DNA of 54,087 bases, the filler included, from Catajapyx aquilonaris (taxonomy: Eukaryota): the NCBI GenBank assembly GCA_000934665.2. It is 2 parts of 2 records of this genome, joined end to end, with 100 filler letters (N's around TTAATTAATTAA, not from the genome) between each part and the next. Parts side by side here need not be neighbours in the genome. Positions count along the whole stretch, not along the records: positions 29,552 to 54,087 come from JYFJ02005492.1; 1 more part is not named here. One strand, written 5' to 3'. This document shows positions 31,102 through 53,700 of this stretch, in pieces. Positions within the stretch are counted from its first letter, which is position 1; each line of letters starts with the position of its first letter. The position numbers and the translations under genes are program-made. The notes below the pieces were generated by a model. That model saw nothing but the letters and a program-made list of their open reading frames with translations. It was not told where the DNA came from and searched no databases.

Positions 31102-33748
31102 CCTCATCATGTTGGTGAGCAGCATGAATAATTATTACAAGCATGCTGCATGAACTGTTTTGCATTAGTTGCATACAAGATTATTGCAGAATATACCCCT
31201 AATAATTTGCATTGCATCATCTATATGTTCCTGATTGAAATTCATGTAATCAACATATTATTGTAGACCATACTGGTACATTATTTAAGTCTGTTTAGAC
31301 TGCCGGATTTGCATTGTACGATTTGTACCCAATGAAGAAGTTTAACAGACTGCATCCCTTACATGACAATGCCTTGTGCAAGTTCATCTGGAGTACACAT
31401 CAATGTAGCATGTTCAAGCTTAGTGCTGTGGAATTTGGGAATTACTGCACTAGTGTCAAGCAAATTTAGATCATAATTGATAAATTGAATATAGTAATAC
31501 CTGTTCAACATGGTAACGTTCCTAGTCAGATTGGATGCCCCTGAGTTACAAATTACAATGCTGAATATTCATTTGGATACTTCCAGTCAATAGACAATTT
31601 ATTAGCAGGTAATGCATTTGATATCCCCCCAAAATTAGTGCTAATGGTTTGATAATATGGAACATAGTGCAAGGAAATTCACTTGCTGAAACTGGCAGGG
31701 ACTTTGGAATGCCATGTAAATTACAATACTGCAAGTCAGATAGTGTGAAAGTTACAAAATGCTGCGACAATATTGATATTTATGCAAGTACTCTGATGTA
31801 AGGTTACTCATTTTTTTTAGCAATGAGGTGACCTCAGTTCAGGAGGCAAGTGGGTGCCATTTCCTATCACTCACCTTCCACAAACATTGCCCCCATTATT
31901 GTGTCCACATGTATTTAGCCACATTTTTTAAAAATAATAAAAGCGTCAGAAATTTCTAAAAACTTCGTGCAAGCTTATGACAAAACTTTTCTAGGTTATT
32001 TTTCACAATATTGTCAACAGCTGATATAAGTTATCATAATCAAATTTCCCCCCTATAGGAAATTCAACAGTTTTATTTAATGTGTTCCCCACAATGTAGC
32101 AATCTGCATGTCTAATTACTGATGGGTTACTGTGAGACTCATAACAATGGTAAGTTACAAACCGTGTATAGTAGTTTTGTGTGAAGATAGGAAATGGGGC
32201 TTGTGCATAGGGGTGTTCTACATTATGAATGACGTGCATCAGAAATCATAAGGTGGAACTGACCCATTGGCATTGTAAGTTAATCTAACAGCTTATCTGC
32301 AATTAGTTTGGAGTGTTCCATCGCAATTATGCTGACACTGAGTTTAACCTTCAAGTGCATTATGCAGTTACACCGCTATAATGCAACAATTCACAGTCAA
32401 CCACTTCCTACATTCCCAGTTTCGAAAATGCTTCCCTGACACATAACAGACGCGATCACATTAGTCAGGCTCTACTGTCCTGCAATAATTGTGCTCTTGA
32501 TGGTGGTGTGGGGGGGGCCAAAGTATCCGAAAAGGAGATTTATTGGCAAGCCAGGTAGGGGATACAAGACGTTTTTTTTTTCTCTCTCTCTCTCCAACCC
32601 CTTGGGCGGCCTAAAAGAGCAAGAAGAGTCTGGTTGTATAGGGAAGAAGCATGCAGGTCTGGAGGGAAAGGAGTGTAGCATGTAGGGGTATCTATTCTCC
32701 GCTGATATGGGTTGGCCCCCACGTGGCTTTTTGCCTGAGGACGGCGGTCCCTTTGAACCAGCGCCGCCTGGGAATTAATTAGTCGCGCCGTTGCCTTCCG
32801 AAGCTGCAGCCTGCCTTCATGCAACTACTATTCCCAGCCGGGCGCCCAATGAGGAAAATACACGCACGCAGTAGCTTATTCCTCCATCACGACTCTGGTC
32901 ATAAGTCGTGGTCAGGCCTGGGTTCACACTGGAGTCCATGTCTTTGTCTTTCAGGCCATAACGACCGAAAAACGAAGACAACCCATCACTACACAGCTTC
33001 GCTGATGTTTAGATGTAATCTTACCTGATCTGCATGATATGGGCGCTAGATTTGCTGTGAAATTGTAGTAAGGTAGACGACGCGTATCTCGGTAGACAAA
33101 GTGGTTCCTTGTCGGCCGCTAAATACTAGCCTGTGTTACAAACAACAAGGAAGGGGTCCTTTGCGACTTCTTGCATCTGGCAGTGATTTTCTTGGAGCCT
33201 TCTTCCATCTGGATGCGATGCACAGCACTTCTCCGCGAGCGTTATTCCCTCACGGCAGAGATATCTGATTACAAGTCGCGATGGCTGCGTCCCAAACTCT
33301 TTGAGCACTGTCGCATCGTCTTGGCATGTACTGGCACATACCACCTTCCTCATCATTCATCATATTGTCCATAATACTACTGTATAGTAATTTCAGTCCA
33401 GTAGGCCAGATATCCAGTTGTTATTATTTACTTAGGAAGAAACCAACCAACAACAATGCTAGGAGAAAAATAGGGTGGTAAAATAAACAAGCCATTGACA
33501 AGCAGAACAACAATCATTCCATTGCATCTATTCTGAATACATTACTCAATGTTCCAAGTAAAATACGCTCCAGGTCACTTATCAATAAATAAAACAATAC
33601 GCTACTCTGTATAATATGAATGGAGAACGATGATGAAAAAATAGTCAATGCTGCACCGGGGATGAGTCCTTATATAGATACTGTACACTCGTGTCCAGAA
33701 GATGAAGCACTTCGGATGGATGGATGTATAAGGCCAGCTGCTGTGTGT

Positions 33749-41881
<8,133 letters not shown>

Positions 41882-42269
41882 GGTTGACTCCAGCTTGATC
41901 TTAGGTGGTCGTGTAGCGACGACGCGACGGCTGCTCTCAGGAGGCCGTCGCTTATTCAGGTTCTCCCTCCCCCGTCAACTCCAACGCCGTCACTTGTATC
42001 CAGCCCAGCGATGCACTCGCTCACCACGCCCGACGAACACTACGAAGACCACAAATCACCAGTTCACTACGCGATTCTACAGGTCCTACACATGTCAAAA
42101 ACTGCTCGTTACATCTACCAATTACAATGATCTGCTGATCACCATCACAAAATTACCCCTCCAAGCGTGACAATAATATGAACTACTCGGGACGCCGGCT
42201 GCGAACACTTGTTGCCTGGACACCGCTTACCTGTTGCGACAATGGTCCCCGGTCAGCTACCACGTTGCA

Positions 42270-42540
42270 CAGACGGACACTGGTCAATGAAGTAAGCCGG
42301 TAAAGGTAGAGACGACGACCCTCTCGTGTTGGCCGGCTGCCTTCCACTGACTCACTCGAGGGAACTTGGGGTCTGTTGGTGTGGGCCTGGCCCCGTGTGC
42401 ATCCATCCAAATGGGCGCCAAGGCCCTCGTCAGTGCCCCTCCAGCCTCACCATTGGCTGGAGGGCAGCGGAGGCTCCCCCTCTCGCAGCCCCAGATTGGT
42501 TCCCTGGAGTCCACTTCCGCTTCTTCTCCCGCCCCTGGTC
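42270..42540 (-). promoter_or_regulatory. Candidate core/proximal promoter of the Pax3/7 gene
   Basis: GC-rich island ~400 nt upstream of the ATG: Inr-like TTCATTG near 42288, TGAGTCA ~42348, CCAAT boxes ~42453 and ~42495, GC box ~42528. Confidence 0.45.
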
Positions 42541-43493
42541 CGCACTGTTGTTGGCTTCTTGTCCACCCTCACCTGCAACTGTCCTTCGTCGAACAATGAT
42601 GCACCTTTCTACACCGTGTTACAGGATTTTTGTCCCACTTGCCCTGTACACCCGACACCCACTCGTGCATGTCTGAGCTGCTGCTACTGCCACACCGCAA
42701 TCGCCTTTTGTTCGTAACCTAATAATATTGCACACAAAAACACGGTTGGTCCACGACACGACCATGTGGCGTCCTGAGGATAGTCCCTGCCTCACTGTGC
42801 GAAAACATTGAGATAGGACACTGCTGCTGGAATGAATGCCACGCTGCATTAGCCTACATTTTTCTACTGGGCTTATGATTCATTAATTAGTCACTTGGGA
42901 AGGTCTGACTGGCATGACATGCTGTTGGAATTGTATCCATGGCGTATATGTTGCGATTTTTTGGGGACTACCGAAAACTGCATGCTCATTCCAACTTCCA
43001 AAGTCGAAAGTTTTCTACTCGATAGCATCTACGAATCTGATAAATTTAAGATTCATTACCGTATTTTGCGCATAATAGTGTACATATCACTGAATACATT
43101 TAAGGACTTAGAACAGAAAGAAACAAAAATAAGTAACTATATGAACTCTGCATGAAGATGATGTCGCGTTTTCTAACTTTTAGAGAAATCTCATCAGTTC
43201 ATTGCTTCCCCTTGTCTCTAAAGTATCTTATACCGTACTAATGAGTATTAAGATATACACAGTGATGTTTTCTGTATATTACGTGAGGTGTACACAGAGT
43301 TGATATTTAGAGGATTAAATTATTTTTGTGTTTTTATTCCGTGCAATGACTGACTTCAATTACTCTCCATCTATACTGTAAGTGCACAGCTCTCGTAGAT
43401 GCAAAGAAACGGTTTACATGGGATCCATCAAGCATATTTGCCTTTGAATCCAACTATCAGCTTGCACCCTATATAATTTTTTAAAGTAGGCCT

Positions 43494-43927
43494 ACACTGT
43501 ATACTCCTGATTATCCGGGTGCGGATTTTCCGTGCATCGCCAAAAAATTAAATTTAAAATTAAAGTCCGAAAAAATGTGTCGAATTTTCGTCCCACTTCT
43601 AGATATTGCTAACTTAGCAGTACCGCAGTGCCAACACTGGCAAGTTACTGCTAAGTTAGCAGTATAACTTAGGAGTGGGAGGAAAATTCCGCCCACTTAA
43701 ACCAACGAAGAAATGTAAGACATTTTCTAGAAGACAAAGTAAAAATCTATGGTAAGTTTTATTATTCTGATTCAACCAAAAAGCATACTGTCTATACAAT
43801 AGTAGGCCTATTGTACATTTAAAACTTGCGAGTAGCTCATTTTTTCACGATTTCGAGGACCATTTCCCGATTATCCGGAAACACCCGTGCAGTCATTAGC
43901 CCGAATAATCGGGAGTAAGTTTACTGT
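43494..43927. mobile_element. pogo/Tigger-like MITE, degenerate TIRs
   Basis: Left tactcctgattatccggg versus right (revcomp) cagtaaacttactcccgattattcggg. Internal repeat cccgattatccgg at ~43866. Confidence 0.6.
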
Positions 43928-46900
43928 GTATTGTGAGTGTAGTTGTAAAGTACACCATCTCTTAACTTAATTGTGTGCACTATACTGAAAGCATATATTG
44001 CTCAAAGCATTAGGACACTGTAGATAAGTGTTCACCTGTCGCACTTGCAGCATGGGATGTAACACTGCTTCTGGATCTGGCTTCATCTTGAAAGTGCTTG
44101 ATCATTAATATAATTAATACTTCCTTTTTCTATTTTCAATTACAGTACACAAACTCGATGTTACCAGGCTTTATTGCAGCCGTGAAATTTTTTATTTGCA
44201 ATTGTATACAAGTATAGCATAAATCATGGCGGAAACTTCCATAGTGCAAGAAATTTTTCTGGGGTTTCCACTGTCCCGAATTCTACGTGATCGTGAATGT
44301 CTCCTCGTCCTGCACGACTGCTGCGGACCTGCTCCTTCTGGACTTTCATATTGCGACGACATTGCCCGTGAATGAAACATGTATAAATTGCTCAATTTTA
44401 CTAAGAAACCTCTGACCAAGGAGCGTTATTAAGTTGATATTTGCACGTGCTCTTCACGCTGACGTGAGCAAGTCTGTGATGCTGTTGTATACATTTTGGC
44501 TGCACGTTGATCCTGCCGCAGATTGTCACGCAATAAATATTCAATAACATCATAATCTCTGATGATAGCCCATGTTGATGACAGATTCGTACCGTGCCGG
44601 GAAATACATGTATCATGTGTCACTGATACGGTACTACTGAAGAGTTGCACACGCAGACTTGAAATGAATTGTGTAATAGGGTTAGATTTGGCGACATTAT
44701 TTTGCATGAAGGATTTGTATCTAGAACTGATTTTTTTTTGTACGTGTGGCACATGGAATGCCGTTTTGGCATGAATCATATCTGGCACAATATGCTGAAT
44801 ATATAGGTTCGGTTGTGCAGCTGCTGGTTAGTGATGTAATATCTCGGAATGTAGATATCTCTGGTCCTGTGATGCTTGCCGGTTCTTAGAATGTGACTTA
44901 TATACGGGCGCGGAGTTAGTCCAGTTTCATCGAGTAGCCTTCGGTCACATACTTGCTCCGTGAATAAGAGACTCTTAATTTGCTGGCTTCGGCACTGACA
45001 CTCCAGCACGGGTGAAGGTCCACTCGAGACATTATAATCGTATGTAAATAGGCCGCGTTGCCAACGTGCGTGCAAACGCGATGTCATCAAAATCAGGGAC
45101 AAAGGTGGCCTTTTCGCCTTGTGGCCGTGACTTGGAGCAGGGTATTGCAACAGCTTCTATAAAGGATGAGGAACAGTTAGCCGGCGGCAGGTCCAGAGGC
45201 AATATGTATTGGGACAGGTCCGTGACACGATGGCCGGCTGCTGCACTTCACTAAGCTGGAGTCATTATGTCCCCCAATAAGACCTGCTGTAAATCATCCT
45301 ATTACCGTTGGTGGTGAAAGCGGAGGAGTTGGGTTGTAAAAGGGTTGGAAGATTTCAAAAGTCAACCCTTCCCGGAAAGGCTTCCCTTTTGGAGAAGGGC
45401 AGCAGGTCGGTGCCCCTTGGCCATATCCCCTGCTGGAAGCACTGTGCTAACCCAAATGGGGAGGTTCAAGGCAGTGTATTTATGAAGGTCACAAAATTAA
45501 TGTTTTAAAATATTGGTCATCTCTAAAAGTGCATTGCAATATATTGTAAAAGAATGTACAGAATGTGCAAGCAGAATTTTATGATGGATTAATTTGGTTT
45601 AATGGTCACCTGGATGAATGCTTATTGCAAAAACTAATCAACCCCAAGATTTTCAGGAGGATTTTTGGAAATGTCTGACCTGGATATAGCTGCAGAACGC
45701 AATGAAGTCAACAACTTTCAGGAAATGCAATTAGTCCTCCTAGATATTTCACATTTTTTTTGTTGTGTGTGGGAGCTCACATCGACTTTTAATAGACTGG
45801 TGACGGTGCATAAGAACCTTTCCCACGCGGTCGTTGTAGTTACTTCTTATCCAGCCCACACCCATTTTGGGGTCAGTTTTCTGTCCCGGCCTCCAGCGAA
45901 GGAATGGAGTTGCCAATTTCTTGACAGATGACTGGGTCGAATTTGGCAATTGATAGACACGAAATAGGGCGCGAAGAGAGGCAGATAGGGGCGGGGGAGG
46001 AAAAGAGAAAAGGGTGAGTTCTCACGCTGAAAGTATGCGGACGTCAAACGTCCATGCAAAGCAGAGCGGATTGGACACGCCAACAAGAGAGACAGAGAGG
46101 CACAACATCAGGAGAATGGGTCCTCTCCTGCATATAAAAAGTGGATGTAGGAGGGGGGGAAAAAAGGAGCAATGGCGGAAGAAAGGAGAGCGGGGGTGGT
46201 ATAGGTATAGTTAGAGCGGATCTCTGTCCGTCCGTCCAAGCATGGCATCAGCAGTATAGGAGAGTAGTAGCACCGAGTTGCGCAGAAAAGAGGGCAACGG
46301 TAGGGCGGCCGGGATTGGGGTTCTGTTGGCTTTCATGGCTTCATGGCCCCCGCACATACACACGTGACCGTGACGCCCATTCACGTCATGCTTCACCAAC
46401 ACCCGCCATCATTCTTCCTTTACCCAACATTATACTGCTGCTGATGCTGATGCTGCTCAGACTCAGATTACATGATTACATGAGTCTTATCTGTTCCAGA
46501 TATGGGGGTTTGTTGTCTCGAAATTGGTCGACTTTCTGTTGGGAATCCTGTTTTCGGAAGTCGGACGAAACATTTTCAGCAGCATAGGTCAACAACGTCC
46601 GGGATCAGTTCAATGCGAGGAAACAATAACGACAAGGGAATGTGCACAAGTTTCTTTTCTTGAACCTGCTCATATTATTGAGGCAGGTAATCCGGTATAA
46701 CTTCTCCCCCTGTCCATCACTCTTGGACTTTGATATTTGGCAGTGCACAACACTGTATACTGGAAATAAACATTTCATTTACAGTACATGTACAGTTAGC
46801 ATTTGTGGCATATTGGTTGAAAGTATACGGTAGTTGAATAAATGGTTGGCATTTTGTATGTTGTAAACTCACAAGTAATCCACCATGAGTGCAGCAAAAG

Positions 46901-47034
46901 GTTTTAGAAGATTTTGAAATGCTATATAAATATTTGAAGAAGAAAATTACAACATTATAGTAGTATTATTTCAATAGTAACCTAAACTCAGAAAGTTGGA
47001 CAACAGCAACAACATCACCATCACGACATTTTCC

Positions 47035-47938
47035 TATATCCTCCTGAGACCTGGTGTCGACATATGTCGACATCAGCAAAAGGTTTTTTTGGCGCCAACC
47101 AGTGATGCCAACAGAACTGTAATAGGCTGGTATCCCATGGTTACAATCTGGCCTCAATAGCTGTAGCCACCTAGCGTCGAATATCTGGCTTGGGCCGCGA
47201 AAATTAAATCGCGGACAAAATGGCGGATTCCGCTGCTGAAGCTTAGGCGCTCATCTGATCAGTTTTATTTTTTACTCATATTTAGAATGCGATTTTCGCA
47301 ATGCAGTGAATGTCCTGGGATTCGCAAGGAATGTGTCTTAGGAACTGCGAAAAGATGATTCTGTGACAATCTTTGTTGCTGTAGAGAACTGGTCATTTTC
47401 TTTTCTTCCTGAGACCAAATGTCCATTTAAATGGACATCCGAAAAATGGCATTTTCAGCTGAATGGGTGTGACTTTTCTTTACGTGCCTGTACCTATACA
47501 CCCATAAGGAAGTGGGCTTTGCACTATGCTGTTCAGTTTTGAAATCTAGAATAGCAAGGTACCACTTTAGCGGGTAAGAAGGGAAGGAGCAAGCCCCATG
47601 CCTGGAGTGGTGGCGTTAAAAAATGATTTCATTTATCTTTAATTGTCTTCTGAGAGGAATTGCTACCACTAATTCCACAAATGAATTTTAAAAACATTGT
47701 TTGGAGGATAGAGCACTATGTGAGTGATCCATTAAGTGGTATTTCAATTTTCAGCTTTCATCCGTTCTGCTTTTGTAGCACCAATTGGGTCCTAATGTTC
47801 CCATTGGTTGTTTGTCGCCATTTTTGTCGATATTTTAAAACTTTTTTTTTTCTTGTTTCTTATTGGGAACATGTTCAGAAAATGCAATAGGAACTGACAT
47901 TGCGTTAAAAAAATCTTCTCAGGTCTCAGGAGGATATA
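47035..47938. mobile_element. ~900-bp non-autonomous DNA transposon with perfect TIRs, flanked by TATA
   Basis: TATA-TCCTCCTGAGACCTG (47035-47053) / CAGGTCTCAGGAGGA-TATA (47920-47938). Internal TIR-like copy at ~47407. No ORF. Confidence 0.85.
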
Positions 47939-50692
47939 AGGGGTAGTCAGCGATGACCGGAGCCACAAGCTAACCCAAAATATGAACTAAATTAATACTT
48001 GTAAAAATAAACCTATAAACAACCCGTCCCGCCCCCCACCCCTGCCCATCTAAGACGACAAACTCTCAATATTAAATTTAAATATTACACTATGCAACGT
48101 GGTACTTCGAGAAATCAAGTGTCCCCAACCCCCCTGGAAGAGGAATCAGCAACTGTTAAATACCTCCAAGTGACTAGAAAGTTGGACAATGTATCATAAG
48201 GCACAATAAATTATTCCAGTATTTAAAAGTCAACCTTTGGTGGCACATGCATCATACACGTTATGCGACTGTACCACGTCCCTGTCGGTACATTTTGACG
48301 TATAGTTAGTACCGTTCACTTTTCTGCAATTGTGTAATTTGAGTGGTCATTTACTATTGTTGCAGAGATGACAAGAAATATGTAATCTGTATACCTTTTT
48401 CATAACGTTGCAACTTGAATCCAGCTGATCCGCGGAAATGCCGCTGAAACAGATTTGGCATCGGACAGCATGGGTGGAATATTTTACGTTTGAATTATTG
48501 CTTACTGCACGTTACTTCAAAATCTCCGCCACCTACTTCACCTTTATGTTTATAGGCCTACATCAATATTAAATGGTTTCAGGAAATAACTAGTGCTTTG
48601 CCTATAATTAGCCAGTCTCTTGTTGATGGTAATGTTTGGTACACTGATAAGCAAATATATATGATATTTAGGGACATACTAAATAACATCAGCAATGCTT
48701 TGTCAGGTATAGCCAACGCAAGTAGCTGTCATTAGTGAGGAGTCTTTTATCCGCCTCTTCAATGTCATTCGATTACTTTTTTTTTTGTCTTCCTTGCTAT
48801 TGCCTCCTTCCTTCACCTGATGGCTCCTTTCCTCTTCGCCGCACACCAATACCAAGTGCCTGTCGTTCTATAGTCTTCATTGCTTTCCACTCTCTTAGTC
48901 ATGAGGACATTGTGTCCAATTCACGTCGAAGGGAAAGTAGACATAAAAGGCATTAAGTTAGCCATGCGTTGCTGTTCTCGAGGACATTTCCCAAAAATCA
49001 TTGGGGATGATTTAGTGAAAGCAGCCGGTTAGTGTCGCAGCAGCACCTCTGTGACTACAAGGTGATAACGTAACGAAGTTTAGGGTTGTTACGATGCGTA
49101 TTTGCAACGATAATGAGCTGTTAATTTTTTTAAATATGCTGCGACATATAGGCTATTAATTTGTCCTTGCATAGCATTGGACATCCAGCAGAATACAATG
49201 CTGTAATGGTGATATTTACTCGAGATTAATACTGGCGGCGAATTTATACTACAGAGTGTATAAAATGAAGGTAAAGGAAAGACGTTTGCGTGACCCATCG
49301 CGACCATCACCTCTAAAATACATTTCAAAGTTCACAGCCTTGACCACCCCCTTGCCTGAAGCGAAGGGTGGGCATGAGGAAGCAATAAATTGCGCCTGCA
49401 AGCAGTGCATTTATGGCTAAGAAATATGCGAAAGAACCTATATAAGAGGTCGGATCAGTTATAATGAATTCATGAACGTTCCTGTTACAAGTAACCCGAT
49501 ATTTTCGAGCATATTATTTTAAATCCTTGGCAGTATCGCTATTATCAATGAACAGAATTATTGTTAAGTTCACTCTATAGCAATATCTTGTAACAGAGCA
49601 TCTGTGGGACTGGCGTAGCCCTTGGGGTAGCCCTCATTGAGACGGACAGCTGCGGCTGCAGTTGCGTTGATGATTCAGCAATCATATACTACAATTATAC
49701 CGTCTGGGGCGCTGTCTACCTGTCGTCATAAAGTTTGCCAATGGGAATGACGACCCGTAGAGAGCGTCTCGTATTTTACGTTCGGATGCAAGGCCTACCA
49801 ACGCAACTGCTCTTCTATTGTCCTTCTTTGGTCGCATCACGTTGCTGGCCTGTTGCGTTGGCTCCTCTCCGAACTGCTTCGTTTGCCAGATGACTCGATC
49901 TTCAATCGCAAAGCAACATGCTATCCCAATCCTCCAATGAGTTGTGCTAATGCTGCTGTTTGTCAAATGCCGTCTTTGTAGTGGCACAAGCCATAACTAT
50001 ACCAGTTTCGGTGCGCCATGGTGTCATTTTCAATAGTGGCCAACCCTTTTTGAAGGGCCGGCTTATCTTCTGATGCCGGGCAATATGTCACAAGTCGGGT
50101 ATAAGATGTGGATACATGCCAAAGCATCCATCCATTCCCTGCCTCATCATTCCCCTCTTGATTCCTCTCCAAGGAACCAATTATCCACGCAGAGTTTGTT
50201 TCCTTGACAGGCAGCCGTCCATCTTGCCACTCTCCTGGCCTACCGCCAGCATCTCTTATTTGCTTCTGTACTTTGCCTACTTGTCGATTGCGCTCATGCA
50301 CCCCCCTTCTTGGATTACATTTTTTTTTATTCTGGAGGAGACAACGGTGTGGTTGAATGGCGGGCGAGCAAAGGCGTGTGATCCACCTCCCATGCAGTAT
50401 AATAAACGGGCATGAAGCAAAAAGGCAAGTGCAGCAGCTTGCTGGGAACGGAGGCAGACGAAGAAAAAGCAGTGGGCCCGGGGCGAGGAAACTCCAGTAG
50501 CCGACAAGGTTGACAGGCGAGGAGGAGAAATAGAGAGAGCCCCCCCACCATCTACCCTTACCACCACCATCTTCGCGCCTTTTATCTTGAACAACCCTCT
50601 CACACCACCCACTCCACACACCCCCACTGTTCTGCAAGAATGGAGTCAACTCTGCAACATTCTGCACAACGTGAAGATGGCAACATTCCTAC

Positions 50693-50693
50693 G

Positions 50694-50772
<79 letters not shown>

Positions 50773-50775
50773 TAA
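50693..50775. repeat. (ATA)n microsatellite
   Basis: Directly visible. It explains the poly-Ile ORF 50640-50966. Confidence 0.95.
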
Positions 50776-53700
50776 TGGTGGTGGTGGGGAAGGTTGTGTC
50801 CTGGGGCGAGCATCACTTGGGATCTGTTCCCGACACAAAAGGTGAGCCTTTGTCGCCGCCGCCATTTGTCAATGGTTTTGTTGAGCTTGACAGCTTCGTT
50901 CTGCTCAAGCTAGACAAACCTATTAAGGAGCTCTATTATCCTCATCCCCAATTTGCCCATCGGTAGGGGGATGGTGAGGGATGGGGGATGGGAGGAAGTG
51001 GGGTGGGGTGGGGCTGACAGGAATTCCAGACCAGTCGCTAACCCCTGAGGTCACCCCGCTGCAATCTTACCTGAAAACGATCTCCCCCTCCCATTTATCT
51101 CATTTATAATTGTGGCATGCTCTTGGCGGTATGAATGTAAAGGCATTTTATAGTGAGGGGATGACAATCCATCATTTTTGTACCGTAGGACACTCTTCTG
51201 GAGTGGACAACAGGTGTTGCATTCACGGTGTAACTCTATATAGGCGTAAAACTCTGCTTTGGGTCCAGATTTTTTTTTTCTGACAAATCCAGCCCCAAGT
51301 GCACGGATATCTCAAAATGCATAAAATAATTAGTTACAAGATGCATAAAATTTCGGGTGAACGAATAATTTTATGCAAATATTGGTTCATTTTTAATTTT
51401 TAATATGAGGTATATGGGTGTGCTCTGTGTAGCGGTGTTGGCGCGGTGTGGGCCGTACACGATGACGACGCACAAACGACGGCATTTGCAGGTCGTGTAT
51501 ACCCAGTGAGGCGCGAAATGAATCCTGGTCCGAGCTTCTAGGCTAGGGCATCCATCCATCCATGGATCCATCTATCTCAGTCCGATGGGTTTTCAATCAG
51601 AAGAAGTGGAGCCGAACTGGTGGCTCAGCAACAGACCAGGACGCTGACCTTGTTTGGGTCAAAAGGTCGTGTGCGAGTGGGTTTGTCACGTGCTGTTTAC
51701 AGTACACTCAAGTTACGGGAATCCATGCCGTCATCACTTCTCTTGTTTGCCTGTCCGCCATGGATTATGTCAGCAGCCGGGCATGACCCCCACCACCTCT
51801 CTCCTGTTACATTGTTTCAAAGCGCAATTTGTGATACTTTTTCGGGGTCAAACATGGCCGCCAGAATGACGCTGCCATATTGTGCCAGAAAAAGACCACA
51901 AATGAAGTGTAGCATTTGGCTAATTAGGGGCGGAACTCCTTCGTCCTCTGCGAGTTTTGGGCGCATAAACGACGAGACCGACCCTAATCACTTTGTAAAA
52001 GGGGAAGTCGAGCCGGAAGAAATATACTTCAGATGGGGATGGGGGCCGTGTAATAGTCAAAAAAGGGAGGTGATTGGGAGTGATTTGTTTGGGGGGGGGA
52101 GGCTGCAGCGACGACCTGCTCATTAGCGGAATTTCACGCGGTTGGGTTTCACAGGAGCCGCTCAACGTCGCACATGTGCTCGTGTGTGGCCAGGAATTTT
52201 CGGCATAAGGCTGCAAACTTAGAGGGGGAAGGTTCAACAATGCGGCTGTTCTTGGAAGATGCATAGTGCAATTTTTATATCGCCAGGTGGTCCAGTTCTG
52301 TAGGCTGACTTGCAGCAGGGTGAGCCTTTGGGCCAAGAGTCGTCAAACAGTCTGGAAGGATATTGAATCCTGAGGAGAGCAGGTGTTGGGGGGTTCACGG
52401 TTACGGGGTGGTGGAGGAAGTCGGCGTTGTTTTTCATCCGGGTGGTCCTTTTACCTAGTTCTCCCCAAGTTTTTGGTGCGGCAATAGGAGAGGAGGGGAG
52501 ACCCCGTATGTGATGTGGGTGGGCAGGGGTGCTGTTTGCTGGCCCATTGCGTACCAACCGTCCCGCCCTGTTGCCCCGCACGGCCATTCATCATCCACAC
52601 CCCTGCTGTAACATGCAGCACAACAAACTGCACCATGCATCCTCTTTCTCTCCTAACTATGCAAACCGACGCCTCATGCTTATGTGTACATAGGAATATT
52701 AGTAGATATGGCCACTGGGCAGGCGATCTGGAACGTTCGTGAACTATAGATCGAGGCTGTATGTGTGGGCAGCTGCTTATACAGTACCTTCTTCATATTT
52801 CTGCCAAGTCAGTAAGATTCTTCGCGGCAGTAGCTACACCTGAGAAGTTGATAATGTGTGCGCCACATATTTTATACAGTGTAAGGCTGATGCACGGCAC
52901 AAGTCCCCAGTCCTAATTGAGGCATATATAGGGATAGTTATGTGTTTGAGCGCCAATTATTACAACTAGAAGTTGCTTCGCTTTAAACTGATTGCTGAGC
53001 TAAACAATACGCAAATTCTTCATTTACACCTTTTTTGCAATGGGAACTTGGTCAGTGCCGCGTGACTCGGTGTAAAGCAGATTTTAATGGATAATCATAT
53101 TCCAGCATGCCCAATCCTGCTTGTGAGGACACTGTAGAGTAGGTTTATGATGCGCATTGACATAACTCGAGTACCTTGCACTATACGAGTATACGGTATA
53201 CTCAGAGATTTGCACCAATATATTTGTTAAAATTTTAGAGGATATCCTGGACCAGCACATTAGGCCCAATTAGGAATTTTAAGCTCCTGAAAAGAAGGCG
53301 ACATATCCTTCAAATTCTGTAGCATTTAAGTAGTAGTTAAACCGACAATAATGGATACATGGAAACCAATAAACCCTGCCTTTAAAGACATAAAAATTGA
53401 TACCAGCGATTGAATTATCCACAATATGCCAAATATGGCGTATACAGTACCACCACTCTCTGGAAATCACAAGTTCGACTCTGGTACAAATTATATGTTG
53501 ACTACCACTGAAACGCCAAAGTGGTTTTGGCAATCATATGGTATTCTGATACGGAGTGTGACGTCATTAAAGGGTCATTTACAACTTGATGGCTAATTAC
53601 ACTGTGAACACCCAGATGGACGTGGCTCTTAAAAACAATTAATCGACAACTTTGATGGAACTTGACTAAATTCTTTTAGGACTGTAACATGACATTGTAA

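Noticed and set aside
45158..46140. TATA boxes at ~45158 and ~46133 as separate gene promoters
   Set aside because: No correctly spaced Inr or downstream exon/ORF support.
49963..50667. 234-aa minus-strand ORF
   Set aside because: Non-ATG start, no domain, low-complexity composition; likely chance in a GC-richer regulatory island.
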